From Lingula anatina (Eukaryota > Animalia > Brachiopoda), in contig CM120642.1 in assembly GCA_051362555.1 (NCBI GenBank), positions 13,516,001 to 13,580,000 on the forward strand: a stretch of 64,000 nt of DNA, read 5' to 3'. The notes under the pieces were generated by a model. That model worked only from the letters and a program-made list of their open reading frames with translations, searched no databases and was not told where the DNA came from. Shown piece after piece: positions 15,001 to 30,000 of this stretch. Position numbers and translations under genes: made by a program. The number at the start of each line of letters is the position of its first letter. The stretch's first letter is position 1.

Positions 15001-18000
15001 AAAGTCCATGTCCGGGTGGGGTTGCTCGTCATCTTCATTGTCCTGTAAAAAGAAATGAAAAACAAGATTAGATTTATTCAATTGAACCATCCCTCCCCCG
15101 CAAAAAAAAATAAAATTCACTAACCTTAGCTTGGATCCAAGAGTGAAGTCCATGTCCGGGTGGGGTCGCACGTCATCTTCATTGTCCTGTAAAAAGAAAT
15201 GAAAAACAAGATTAGATTTATTCAATTGAACCATCCCTCCCCCGCAAAAAAAATAAAATTCACTAACCTTAGCTTGGATCCAAGAGTGAAGTCCATGTCC
15301 GGGTGGGGTCGCTCGTCATCTTCATTGTCCTGTAAAAAGAAATGAAAAACAAGATTAGATTTATTCAACTGAACCATCCCACCACCCCAAAGAAATAAAA
15401 TTTACTAACCTTAGCTTGGATCCAAGAGTGAAGGCCATGTCTGGGTGGGGTCGATCGTCATCTTCTTTGTCCTGTAAAAAGAAATGAAAAACAAGATTAG
15501 ATTTATTCAATTGAACCATCCCTCCCCCGCAAAAAAAATAAAATTTACTAACCTTAACTTGGATCCAAGAGTGAAGTCCATGTCGGGGTGGGGTCGCTCC
15601 TCATCTTCATTGTCCTGTAAAAAGAAATGAAAAACAAGATTAGATTTATTCAATTGAACCATCCCACCACCCCAAAGAAATAAAATTTACTAACCTTAGC
15701 TTGGATCCAAGAATGAAGTCCATGTCCGTTTGGGGTCACTCGTCATCTTCATTGTCCTGTAAAAAGAAATGAAAAACAAGATTAGATTTATTCAATTTAC
15801 CTATCCCACCACCCTAAAAAAATAAAATTTACTAACCTTAGCTTGGATCCAAGAGTGAAGTCCATGTCCAGATGGGGTCGCTCGTCATCTTCATTGTCCT
15901 AAAAAAGAAATGAAAAACAAGATTAGATTTATTCAATTTACCCATCCCACCACCCCCAAAAAAATCAAATTCACTAACCTTATTTTGGATCCAAGAGTGA
16001 AGTCCATGTCCGGGTGGGGTCGCTCGTCATCTTCATTGTCCTGTAAAAAGAAATGAAAAACAAGATTAGATTTATTCAATTGAACCATCCCTCCCCCGCA
16101 AAAAAATAAAATTTACTAACCTTAGCTTGGATCCAAGAGTGAAGTCCATGTCCAGGTTGGGTCTCTCGTCATCTTCATTGTCCTGTAAAAAGAAATGAAA
16201 AACAAGATTAGATTTATTCAATTAACCCATCCCACCACCCCAAAAAAATCAAATTTACTAACCTTATTTTGGATCCAAGAGTGAAGTCCATGTCCGGGTG
16301 GGGTCGCTCATCATCTTCATTGTCCTGTAAGAAGAAATGAAAAGCTAGATTAGATTTATTCAAATGAACAATCCCTCCCCCGCAAAAAAAAAAAATAAAA
16401 TTCACTAACCTTAGCTTGGATCCAAGAGTGAAGTCCATGTCCGGGTGGGGTCGCTCGTCATCTTCATTGTCCTGTAAAAAGAAATAAAAAACAAGATTAG
16501 ATTTATTCAATTTACCTATCCCACCACCCCAAAAAAATAAAATTTACTAACCTTAGCTTGGATCCAAGAGTGAAGTCCATGTCCAGGTGGGGTCGCTCGT
16601 CATCTTCATTGTCCTGTAAAAAGAAATGAAAAACAAGATTAGATTTATTCAACTGAACCATCCCACCACCCCAAAAAAGATAAAATTTACTAACCTTAGC
16701 TTATATCCAAGAGTGAAGTCCATGTCCGGGTGGGGTCGCTCGTCATCTTCATTGTCCTTTTAAAAGAAATAAAAAACAAGATTAGATTTTTCAATTCACC
16801 CATCCCACCACCGACAAAAAATCAAATTTACTAACCTTATTTTGGATCCAAGAGTGAAGTCCATGTCCGGGTGGGGTCGCTCGTCATCTTCATTGTCCTG
16901 TAAAAAGATATGAAATACAAGATTAGATTTATTCTACTGAACCATCCCACCACCCCAAAGAAATAAAATTCACTAACCTAAGCTTGGATCCAAGAGTGAA
17001 GTCCATGTCCGGGTGGGGACGCTCGTCATCTTCATTGTCCTGTAAAAAGAAATGAAAAACAAGATTAGATTTATTCAATTGAACCATCCCTCCCCCGCAA
17101 AAAAAATTAAATTCACTAACCTCAGCTTGGATCAAAGAGTGAAGTCCATGTCCCGGTGGGGTCGCTCGTCATCTTCATTGTCCTGTAAAAAGAAATGAAA
17201 AACAAGATTAGATTTATTCAATTGAACCATCCCACCACCCCAAAGAAATAAAATTTACTAACCTTAGCTTGGATCCAAGAGTGAAGACCATGTCTGGGTG
17301 GGGTCGATCGTCATCTTCTTTGTCCTATAAAAAGAAATGAAAAACAAGATTAGATTTTTTCAATTTACCCATCCCACCACCCCAAAAAAGATAAAATTTA
17401 CTAACCTTAGCTTGGACCCAAGAGTGAAGTCCATGTCCGGGTGGGGTCGCACGTCATCTTCTTTGTCCTGTAAAAAGAAATGAAAAACAAGATTAGATTT
17501 ATTCAATTTACCTATCCCACCACCCCCAAAAAATAAAATTTACTAACCTTAGCTTGGATCCAAGAGTGAAGTCCATGTCCGGGTGGGGTCACTCGTCATC
17601 TTCATTGTCCTGTAAAAAGAAATGAAAAACAAGTTTAGATTTATTCAATTGACCCATCCCACCACCCCCAAAAAATCAAATTTACTAACCTTATTTTGGA
17701 TCGAAGAGTGAAGTCCATGTCCGGGTGGGGTCGCTCGTCATCTTCATTGTCCTGTAAAAAGAAATGAAAAGCAAGATTAGATTTATTCAAATGAACCATC
17801 CCTCCCCCGCAAAAAAAAATAAAATTCACTAACCTTAGCTTGGATCCAAGAGTGAAGTCCATGTCCGGGTGGGGTTGCTTGTCATCTTCATTGTCCTGTA
17901 AAAAGATATGAAAAACAAGATTAGATTATTCAATTGAACCATCCCACCACCCCAAAGAAATAAAATTTACTAACCTTAGCTTGGATCCAAGAGTGAAGTC

Positions 18001-21000
18001 CATGTCCGGGTGGGGTCGCACGTCATCTTCTTTGTCCTGTAAAAAGAAATGAAAAACAAGATTAGATTTATTCAATTGAACCATCCCTCCCCCGCAAAAA
18101 AAATAAAATTTACTAACCTTAGCTTGGATCCAAGAGTGAAGTCCATGTCCGGGTGGGGTCGCTCGTCATCTTCATTGTCCTGTAAAAAGATATGAAAAAC
18201 AAGATTAGATTCATTCAACTGAACCATCCCACCACCCCAAAGAAATAAAATTTACTAACCTTAGCTTGGATCCAAGAGTGAAGTCCATGTCTGGGTGGGG
18301 TCGCACGTCATCTTCTTTGTCCTGTAAAAAGAAATGAAAAACAAGATTAGATTTATTCAATTGAACCATCCCTCCCCCGCAAAAAAAATAAAATTCACTA
18401 ACCTTAGCTTGGATCCAAGAGTGAAGTCCATGTCCGGGTGGGGTCGCTCGTCATCTTCATTGTCCTGTAAAAAGAAATGAAAAGCAAGATTAGATTTATT
18501 CAAATGAACCATCCCTCCCCCGCAAAAAAAAATAAAATTCACTAACCTTAGCTTGGATCTAAGAGTGAAGTCCATGTCCGGGTGGGGTCGCTCGTCATCT
18601 TCATTGTCCTGTAAAAAGATATGAAAAACAAGATTAGATTTATTCAAATGAACCATCCCTCCCCCGCAAAAAAAAATAAAATTCACTAACCTTAGCTTGG
18701 ATCCAAGAGTGAAGTCCATGTCTGGGTGGGGTCGCTCGTCATCTTCATTGTCCTGTAAAAAGATATGAAAAACAAGATTAGATTTATTCAATTGAACCAT
18801 CCCACCACCCCAAAGAAATAAAATTTACTAACCTTAGCTTGGATCCAAGAGTGAAGACCATGTCTGGGTGGTGTCGATCGTCATCTTCTTTGTCCTGTAA
18901 AAATAAATGAAAAACAAGATTAGATTTATTCAATTTACCCATCCCACCACCCCAAAAAAGATAAAATTTACTAACCTTAGCTTGGATCCAAGAGTGAAGT
19001 CCATGTCCGGGTGGGGTCGCTCGTCATCTTCATTGTCCTGTAAAAAGAAATAAAAAACAAGATTAGATTTATTCAATTCACCTATCCCACCACCCCCAAA
19101 AAATAAAATTTACTAACCTTAGCTTGGATCCAAGAGTGAAGTCCATGTCCGGGTGGGGTCACTCGTCATCTTCATTGTCCTGTAAAAAGAAATGAAAAAC
19201 AAGATTAGATTTATTCAATTGACCCATCCCACCACCCCCAAAAAATCAAATTTACTAACCTCATTTTGGATCCAAGAGTGAAGTCCATGTCCGGGTGGGG
19301 TCGCTCGTCATCTTCATTGTCCTGTAAAAAGATATGAAAAACAAGATTAGATTTATTCTACTGAACCATCCCACCACCCCAAAGAAATAAAATTTACTAA
19401 CCTAAGCTTGGATCCAAAAGTGAAGTCCATGTCTGGGTGGGGTCGCTCCTCATCTTCATTGTCCTGTAAAAAGGAATCAAAAACAAGATTAGCTTTATTC
19501 AATTTACCCATCCCAACACCTCAAAAAAATAAAATTTACTAACCTTAGCTTGGACCCAAGAGTGAAGTCCATGTCCGGGTGGGGTCGCACGTCATCTTCT
19601 TTGTCCTGTAAAAAGAAATGAAAAACAAGATTAGATTTATTCAATTGAACCATCCCTCCCCCGCAAAAAAAATAAAATTCACTAACCTAAGCTTGGATCC
19701 AAGAGTGAAGTCCATGTCCGGGTGGGGTCGCTCGTCATCTTCATTGTCCTGTAAAAAGAAATGAAAAACAAGATTAGATTTTTTCAATTGAACCATCCCT
19801 CCCCCGCAAAAAAAATTAAATTCACTAACCTTAGCTTGGATCAAAGAGTGAAGTCCATGTCCCGGTGGGGTCGCTCGTCATCTTCATTGTCCTGTAAAAA
19901 GATATGAAAAACAAGATTAGATTTATTCAATTGACCCATCCCACCACCCCCAAAAAATCAAATTTACTAACCTTAGATTGGATCCAAGAGTGAAGTCCAT
20001 GTCCGGGTGGGGTCGCTCGTCATCTTCATTGTCCTGTAAAAAGAAATGAAAAGCAAGATTATATTGATTCAAATGAACCATCCCTCCCCCGCAAAAAAAA
20101 AATAAAATTTACTAACCTTAGCTTGGATCCAAGAGTGAAGTCCATGTCCGGGTGGGGTCGCTCGTCATCTTCATTGTCCTGTAAAAAGAAATGAAAAACA
20201 AGATTAGATTTATTCAATTTACCTATCCCACCACCCCAAAAAAATAAAATTTACTAACCTTAGCTTGGATCCAAGAGTAAAGTCCATGTCCGGGTGGGGT
20301 TGCTCGTCATCTTCATTGTCTTGTAAAAAGAAATGAAAAACAAGATTAGATTTATTCAATTGAACCATCCCTCCCCCGCAAAAAAAAATAAAATTCACTA
20401 ACCTTAGCTTGGATCCAAGAGTGAAGTCCATGTCCGGGTGGGGTCGCACGTCATCTTCATTGTCCTGTAAAAAGAAATGAAAAACAAGATTAGATTTATT
20501 CAATTGAACCATCCCTCCCCCGCAAAAAAAATAAAATTCACTAACCTTAGCTTGGATCCAAGAGTGAAGTCCATGTCCGGGTGGGGTCGCTCGTCATCTT
20601 CATTGTCCTGTAAAAAGAAATAAAAAACAAGATTAGATTTATTCAACTGAACCATCCCACCACCCCAAAGAAATAAAATTTACTAACCTTAGCTTGGATC
20701 CAAGAGTGAAGGCCATGTCTGGGTGGGGTCGATCGTCATCTTCTTTGTCCTGTAAAAAGAAATGAAAAACAAGATTAGATTTATTCAATTGAACCATCCC
20801 TCCCCCGCAAAAAAAATAAAATTTACTAACCTTAACTTGGATCCAAGAGTGAAGTCCATGTCGGGGTGGGGTCGCTCCTCATCTTCATTGTCCTGTAAAA
20901 AGAAATGAAAAACAAGATTAGATTTATTCAATTGAACCATCCCACCACCCCAAAGAAATAAAATTTACTAACCTTAGCTTGGATCCAAGAATGAAGTCCA

Positions 21001-24000
21001 TGTCCGTTTGGGGTCACTCGTCATCTTCATTGTCCTGTAAAAAGAAATGAAAAACAAGATTAGATTTATTCAATTTACCTATCCCACCACCCTAAAAAAA
21101 TAAAATTTACTAACCTTAGCTTGGATCCAAGAGTGAAGTCCATGTCCAGATGGGGTCGCTCGTCATCTTCATTGTCCTAAAAAAGAAATGAAAAACAAGA
21201 TTAGATTTATTCAATTTACCCATCCCACCACCCCCAAAAAAATCAAATTCACTAACCTTATTTTGGATCCAAGAGTGAAGTCCATGTCCGGGTGGGGTCG
21301 CTCGTCATCTTCATTGTCCTGTAAAAAGAAATGAAAAACAAGATTAGATTTATTCAATTGAACCATCCCTCCCCCGCAAAAAAATAAAATTTACTAACCT
21401 TAGCTTGGATCCAAGAGTGAAGTCCATGTCCAGGTTGGGTCTCTCGTCATCTTCATTGTCCTGTAAAAAGAAATGAAAAACAAGATTAGATTTATTCAAT
21501 TAACCCATCCCACCACCCCAAAAAAATCAAATTTACTAACCTTATTTTGGATCCAAGAGTGAAGTCCATGTCCGGGTGGGGTCGCTCATCATCTTCATTG
21601 TCCTGTAAGAAGAAATGAAAAGCTAGATTAGATTTATTCAAATGAACAATCCCTCCCCCGCAAAAAAAAAAAATAAAATTCACTAACCTTAGCTTGGATC
21701 CAAGAGTGAAGTCCATGTCCGGGTGGGGTCGCTCGTCATCTTCATTGTCCTGTAAAAAGAAATAAAAAACAAGATTAGATTTATTCAATTTACCTATCCC
21801 ACCACCCCAAAAAAATAAAATTTACTAACCTTAGCTTGGATCCAAGAGTGAAGTCCATGTCCAGGTGGGGTCGCTCGTCATCTTCATTGTCCTGTAAAAA
21901 GAAATGAAAAACAAGATTAGATTTATTCAACTGAACCATCCCACCACCCCAAAAAAGATAAAATTTACTAACCTTAGCTTATATCCAAGAGTGAAGTCCA
22001 TGTCCGGGTGGGGTCGCTCGTCATCTTCATTGTCCTTTTAAAAGAAATAAAAAACAAGATTAGATTTTTCAATTCACCCATCCCACCACCGACAAAAAAT
22101 CAAATTTACTAACCTTATTTTGGATCCAAGAGTGAAGTCCATGTCCGGGTGGGGTCGCTCGTCATCTTCATTGTCCTGTAAAAAGATATGAAATACAAGA
22201 TTAGATTTATTCTACTGAACCATCCCACCACCCCAAAGAAATAAAATTCACTAACCTAAGCTTGGATCCAAGAGTGAAGTCCATGTCCGGGTGGGGACGC
22301 TCGTCATCTTCATTGTCCTGTAAAAAGAAATGAAAAACAAGATTAGATTTATTCAATTGAACCATCCCTCCCCCGCAAAAAAAATTAAATTCACTAACCT
22401 CAGCTTGGATCAAAGAGTGAAGTCCATGTCCCGGTGGGGTCGCTCGTCATCTTCATTGTCCTGTAAAAAGAAATGAAAAACAAGATTAGATTTATTCAAT
22501 TGAACCATCCCACCACCCCAAAGAAATAAAATTTACTAACCTTAGCTTGGATCCAAGAGTGAAGACCATGTCTGGGTGGGGTCGATCGTCATCTTCTTTG
22601 TCCTATAAAAAGAAATGAAAAACAAGATTAGATTTTTTCAATTTACCCATCCCACCACCCCAAAAAAGATAAAATTTACTAACCTTAGCTTGGACCCAAG
22701 AGTGAAGTCCATGTCCGGGTGGGGTCGCACGTCATCTTCTTTGTCCTGTAAAAAGAAATGAAAAACAAGATTAGATTTATTCAATTTACCTATCCCACCA
22801 CCCTCAAAAAATAAAATTTACTAACCTTAGCTTGGATCCAAGAGTGAAGTCCATGTCCGGGTGGGGTCACTCGTCATCTTCATTGTCCTGTAAAAAGAAA
22901 TGAAAAACAAGTTTAGATTTATTCAATTGACCCATCCCACCACCCCCAAAAAATCAAATTTACTAACCTTATTTTGGATCGAAGAGTGAAGTCCATGTCC
23001 GGGTGGGGTCGCTCGTCATCTTCATTGTCCTGTAAAAAGAAATGAAAAGCAAGATTAGATTTATTCAAATGAACCATCCCTCCCCCGCAAAAAAAAATAA
23101 AATTCACTAACCTTAGCTTGGATCCAAGAGTGAAGTCCATGTCCGGGTGGGGTTGCTTGTCATCTTCATTGTCCTGTAAAAAGATATGAAAAACAAGATT
23201 AGATTATTCAATTGAACCATCCCACCACCCCAAAGAAATAAAATTTACTAACCTTAGCTTGGATCCAAGAGTGAAGTCCATGTCCGGGTGGGGTCGCACG
23301 TCATCTTCTTTGTCCTGTAAAAAGAAATGAAAAACAAGATTAGATTTATTCAATTGAACCATCCCTCCCCCGCAAAAAAAATAAAATTTACTAACCTTAG
23401 CTTGGATCCAAGAGTGAAGTCCATGTCCGGGTGGGGTCGCTCGTCATCTTCATTGTCCTGTAAAAAGATATGAAAAACAAGATTAGATTTATTCAACTGA
23501 ACCATCCCACCACCCCAAAGAAATAAAATTTACTAACCTTAGCTTGGATCCAAGAGTGAAGTCCATGTCTGGGTGGGGTCGCACGTCATCTTCTTTGTCC
23601 TGTAAAAAGAAATGAAAAACAAGATTAGATTTATTCAATTGAACCATCCCTCCCCCGCAAAAAAAATAAAATTCACTAACCTTAGCTTGGATCCAAGAGT
23701 GAAGTCCATGTCCGGGTGGGGTCGCTCGTCATCTTCATTGTCCTGTAAAAAGAAATGAAAAGCAAGATTAGATTTATTCAAATGAACCATCCCTCCCCCG
23801 CAAAAAAAAATAAAATTCACTAACCTTAGCTTGGATCTAAGAGTGAAGTCCATGTCCGGGTGGGGTCGCTCGTCATCTTCATTGTCCTGTAAAAAGATAT
23901 GAAAAACAAGATTAGATTTATTCAAATGAACCATCCCTCCCCCGCAAAAAAAAATAAAATTCACTAACCTTAGCTTGGATCCAAGAGTGAAGTCCATGTC

Positions 24001-27000
24001 TGGGTGGGGTCGCTCGTCATCTTCATTGTCCTGTAAAAAGATATGAAAAACAAGATTAGATTTATTCAATTGAACCATCCCACCACCCCAAAGAAATAAA
24101 ATTTACTAACCTTAGCTTGGATCCAAGAGTGAAGACCATGTCTGGGTGGTGTCGATCGTCATCTTCTTTGTCCTGTAAAAATAAATGAAAAACAAGATTA
24201 GATTTATTCAATTTACCCATCCCACCACCCCAAAAAAGATAAAATTTACTAACCTTAGCTTGGATCCAAGAGTGAAGTCCATGTCCGGGTGGGGTCGCTC
24301 GTCATCTTCATTGTCCTGTAAAAAGAAATAAAAAACAAGATTAGATTTATTCAATTCACCTATCCCACCACCCCCAAAAAATAAAATTTACTAACCTTAG
24401 CTTGGATCCAAGAGTGAAGTCCATGTCCGGGTGGGGTCACTCGTCATCTTCATTGTCCTGTAAAAAGAAATGAAAAACAAGATTAGATTTATTCAATTGA
24501 CCCATCCCACCACCCCCAAAAAATCAAATTTACTAACCTCATTTTGGATCCAAGAGTGAAGTCCATGTCCGGGTGGGGTCGCTCGTCATCTTCATTGTCC
24601 TGTAAAAAGATATGAAAAACAAGATTAGATTTATTCTACTGAACCATCCCACCACCCCAAAGAAATAAAATTTACTAACCTAAGCTTGGATCCAAAAGTG
24701 AAGTCCATGTCTGGGTGGGGTCGCTCCTCATCTTCATTGTCCTGTAAAAAGGAATCAAAAACAAGATTAGCTTTATTCAATTTACCCATCCCAACACCTC
24801 AAAAAAATAAAATTTACTAACCTTAGCTTGGACCCAAGAGTGAAGTCCATGTCCGGGTGGGGTCGCACGTCATCTTCTTTGTCCTGTAAAAAGAAATGAA
24901 AAACAAGATTCGATTTATTCAATTGAACCATCCCTCCCCCGCAAAAAAAATAAAATTCACTAACCTAAGCTTGGATCCAAGAGTGAAGTCCATGTCCGGG
25001 TGGGGTCGCTCGTCATCTTCATTGTCCTGTAAAAAGAAATGAAAAACAAGATTAGATTTTTTCAATTGAACCATCCCTCCCCCGCAAAAAAAATTAAATT
25101 CACTAACCTTAGCTTGGATCAAAGAGTGAAGTCCATGTCCCGGTGGGGTCGCTCGTCATCTTCATTGTCCTGTAAAAAGATATGAAAAACAAGATTAGAT
25201 TTATTCAATTGACCCATCCCACCACCCCCAAAAAATCAAATTTACTAACCTTATTTTGGATCCAAGAGTGAAGTCCATGTCCGGGTGGGGTCGCTCGTCA
25301 TCTTCATTGTCCTGTAAAAAGATATGAAAAACAAGATTAGATTTATTCTACTGAACCATCCCACCACCCCAAAGAAATAAAATTTACTAACCTTAGCTTG
25401 GATCCAAAAGTGAAGTCCATGTCTGGGTGGGGTCGCTCCTCATCTTCATTGTCCTGTAAAAAGAAAGGAAAAACAAGATTAGCTTTATTCAATTTACCCA
25501 TCCCACCACCCCAAAAAAATAAAATTTACTAACCTTAGCTTGGACCCAAGAGTGAAGTCCATGTCCGGGTGGGGTCGCACGTCATCTTCTTTGTCCTGTA
25601 AAAAGAAATGAAAAACAAGATTAGATTTATTCAATTGAACCATCCCTCCCCCGCAAAAAAAATAAAATTCACTAACCTTAGCTTGGATCCAAGAGTGAAG
25701 TCCATGTCCGGGTGGGGTCGCTCGTCATCTTCATTGTCCTGTAAAAAGAAATGAAAAACAAGATTAGATTTATTCAATTGAACCATCCCTCCCCCGCAAA
25801 AAAATTAAATTCACTAACCTTAGCTTGGATCAAAGAGTGAAGTCCATGTCCGGGTGGGGTCGCTCGTCATCTTCATTGTCCTGTAAAAAGATATGAAAAA
25901 CAAGATTAGATTTATTCAATTGAACCATCCCACCACCCCAAAGAAATAAAATTTACTAACCTTAGCTTGGATCCAAGAGTGAAGTCCATGTCTGGGTGGG
26001 GTCGCTCCTCATCTTCATTGTCCTGTAAAAAGAAATGAAAAGCAAGATTAGATTTATTCAAATGAACGATCCCTCCCCCGCAAAAAAAATAAAATTCACT
26101 AACCTTAGCTTGGATCCAAGAGTGAAGTCCATGTCCGGGTGGGGTCGCTTGTCATCTTCATTGTCCTGTAAAAAGATATGAAAAACAAGATTAGATTTAT
26201 TCAATTGAACCATCCCACCACCCCAAAGAAATAAAATTTACTAACCTTAGCTTGGATCCAAGAGTGAAGTCCATGTCCGGGTGGGGTCGCACGTCATCTT
26301 CTTTGTCCTGTAAAAAGAAATGAAAAACAAGATTAGATTTATTCAATTGAACCATCCCTCCCCCGCAAAAAAAATAAAATTTACTAACCTTAGCTTGGAT
26401 CCAAGAGTGAAGTCCATGTCCGGGTGGGGTCGCTTGTCATCTTCATTGTCCTGTAAAAAGATATGAAAAACAAGATTAGATTTATTCAACTGAACCATCC
26501 CACCACCCTAAAGAAATAAAATTTACTAACCTTAGCTTGGATCCAAGAGTGAAGTCCATGTCTGGGTGGGGTCGCACGTCATCTTCTTTGTCCTGTAAAA
26601 AGAAATGAAAAACAAGATTAGATTTATTCAATTGAACCATCCCTCCCCCACAAAAAAAATAAAATTCACTAACCTTAGCTTGGATCCAAGAGTGAAGTCC
26701 ATGTCCGGGTGGGGTCGCACGTCATCTTCTTTGTCCTGTAAAAAGAAATGAAAAACAAGATTAGATTTATTCAATTGAACCATCCCTCCCCCGCAAAAAA
26801 ATAAAATTCACTAACCTTAACTTGGATCAAAGAGTGAAGTCCATGTCCGGGTGGGGTCGCTCGTCATCTTCATTGTCCTGTAAAAATAAATGAAAAACAA
26901 GATTAGATTTATTCAATTGACCCATCCCACCACCCCCAAAAAATCAAATTTACTAACCTTATTTTGGATCCAAGAGTGAAGTCCATGTCCGGGTGGGGTC

Positions 27001-30000
27001 GCTCGTCATCTTCATTGTCCTGTAAAAAGAAATGAAAAGCAAGATTAGATTTATTCAAATGAACTATCCCTCCCCCGCAAAAAAAAATAAAATTCACTAA
27101 CCTTAGCTTGGATCCAAGAGTGAAGTCCATGTCCGGGTGGGGTCGCTAGTCATCTTCATTGTCCTGTAAAAAGATATGAGAAACAAGATTAGATTTATTC
27201 AATTGAACCATCCCACCACCCCAAAGAAATAAAATTTACTAACCTTAGCTTGGATCCAAGAGTGAAGACCATGTCTGGGTGGTGTCGATCGTCATCTTCT
27301 TTGTCCTGTAAAAATAAATGAAAAACAAGATTAGATTTATTCAATTTACCCATCCCACCACCCCAAAAAATATAAAATTTACTAACCTTAGCTTGAATCC
27401 AAGAGTGAAGTCCATGTCCGGGTGGGGTCGCTCGTCATCTTCATTGTCCTGTAAAAAGAAATAAAAAACAAGATTAGATTTATTCAATTCACCTATCCCA
27501 CCACCCCCAAAAAATAAAATTTACTAACCTTAGCTTGGATCCAAGAGTGAAGTCCATGTCCGGGTGGGGTCACTCGTCATCTTCATTGTCCTGTAAAAAG
27601 AAATGAAAAACAAGATTAGATTTATTCAATTGACCCATCCCACCACCCCCAAAAAATCAAATTTACTAACCTTATTTTGGATCCAAGAGTGAAGTCCATG
27701 TCCGGGTGGGGTCGCTCGTCATCTTCATTGTCCTGTAAAAAGATATGAAAAACAAGATTAGATTTATTCAATTGAACCATCCCACCACCCCAAAGAAATA
27801 AAATTTACTAACCTTAGCTTGGATCCAAGAGTGAAGTCCATGTCTGGGTGGGGTCGCTCCTCATCTTCATTGTCCTGTAAAAAGAAATGAAAAGCAAGAT
27901 TAGATTTATTCAAATGAACCATCCCTCCCCCGCAAAAAAAATTAAATTCACTAACCTTAGCTTGGATCAAAGAGTGAAGTCCATGTCCGGGTGGGGTCGC
28001 TCGTCATCTTCATTGTCCTGTAAAAAGATATGAAAAACAAGATTAGATTTATTCAATTGAACCATCCCACCACCCCAAAGAAATAAAATTTACTAACCTT
28101 AGCTTGGATCCAAGAGTGAAGTCCATGTCTGGGTGGGGTCGCTCCTCATCTTCATTGTCCTGTAAAAAGAAATGAAAAGCAAGATTAGATTTATTCAAAT
28201 GAACCATCCCTCCCCCGCAAAAAAAATAAAATTCACTAACCTTAGCTTGGATCCAAGAGTGAAGTCCATGTCCGGGTGGGGTCGCTTGTCATCTTCATTG
28301 TCCTGTAAAAAGATATGAAAAACAAGATTAGATTTATTCAATTGAACCATCCCACCACCCCAAAGAAATAAAATTTACTAACCTTAGCTTGGATCCAAGA
28401 GTGAAGTCCATGTCCGGGTGGGGTCGCACGTCATCTTCTTTGTCCTGTAAAAAGAAATGAAAAACAAGATTAGATTTATTCAATTGAACCATCCCTCCCC
28501 CGCAAAAAAAATAAAATTTACTAACCTTAGCTTGGATCCAAGAGTGAAGTCCATGTCCGGGTGGGGTCGCTTGTCATCTTCATTGTCCTGTAAAAAGATA
28601 TGAAAAACAAGATTAGATTTATTCAACTGAACCATCCCACCACCCTAAAGAAATAAAATTTACTAACCTTAGCTTGGATCCAAGAGTGAAGTCCATGTCT
28701 GGGTGGGGTCGCACGTCATCTTCTTTGTCCTGTAAAAAGAAATGAAAAACAAGATTAGATTTATTCAATTGAACCATCCCTCCCCCACAAAAAAAATAAA
28801 ATTCACTAACCTTAGCTTGGATCCAAGAGTGAAGTCCATGTCCGGGTGGGGTCGCACGTCATCTTCTTTGTCCTGTAAAAAGAAATGAAAAACAAGATTA
28901 GATTTATTCAATTGAACCATCCCTCCCCCGCAAAAAAAATAAAATTCACTAACCTTAACTTGGATCAAAGAGTGAAGTCCATGTCCGGGTGGGGTCGCTC
29001 GTCATCTTCATTGTCCTGTAAAAATAAATGAAAAACAAGATTAGATTTATTCAATTGACCCATCCCACCACCCCCAAAAAATCAAATTTACTAACCTTAT
29101 TTTGGATCCAAGAGTGAAGTCCATGTCCGGGTGGGGTCGCTCGTCATCTTCATTGTCCTGTAAAAAGAAATGAAAAGCAAGATTAGATTTATTCAAATGA
29201 ACTATCCCTCCCCCGCAAAAAAAAATAAAATTCACTAACCTTAGCTTGGATCCAAGAGTGAAGTCCATGTCTGGGTGGGGTCGCACGTCATCTTCTTTGT
29301 CCTGTAAAAAGAAATGAAAAACAAGATTAGATTTATTCAATTGAACCATCCCTCCCCCGCAAAAAAAATAAAATTCACTAACCTTAACTTGGATCAAAGA
29401 GTGAAGTCCATGTCCGGGTGGGGTCGCTCGTCATCTTCATTGTCCTGTAAAAATAAATGAAAAACAAGATTAGATTTATTCAATTGACCCATCCCACCAC
29501 CCCCAAAAAATCAAATTTACTAACCTTATTTTGGATCCAAGAGTGAAGTCCATGTCCGGGTGGGGTCGCTCGTCATCTTCATTGTCCTGTAAAAAGATAT
29601 GAAAAACAAGATTAGATTTATTCAACTGAACCATCCCACCACCCCAAAGAAATAAAATTTACTAACCTTAGCTTGGATCCAAGAGTGAAGTCCATGTCTG
29701 GGTGGGGTCGCACGTCATCTTCTTTGTCCTGTAAAAAGAAATGAAAAACAAGATTAGATTTATTCAATTGAACCATCCCTCCCCCGCAAAAAAAATAAAA
29801 TTCACTAACCTTAGCTTGGATCCAAGAGTGAAGTCCATGTCCGGGTGGGGTCGCTCGTCATCTTCATTGTCCTGTAAAAAGAAATGAAAAGCAAGATTAG
29901 ATTTATTCAAATGAACCATCCCTCCCCCGCAAAAAAAAATAAAATTCACTAACCTTAGCTTGGATCTAAGAGTGAAGTCCATGTCCGGGTGGGGTCGCTC

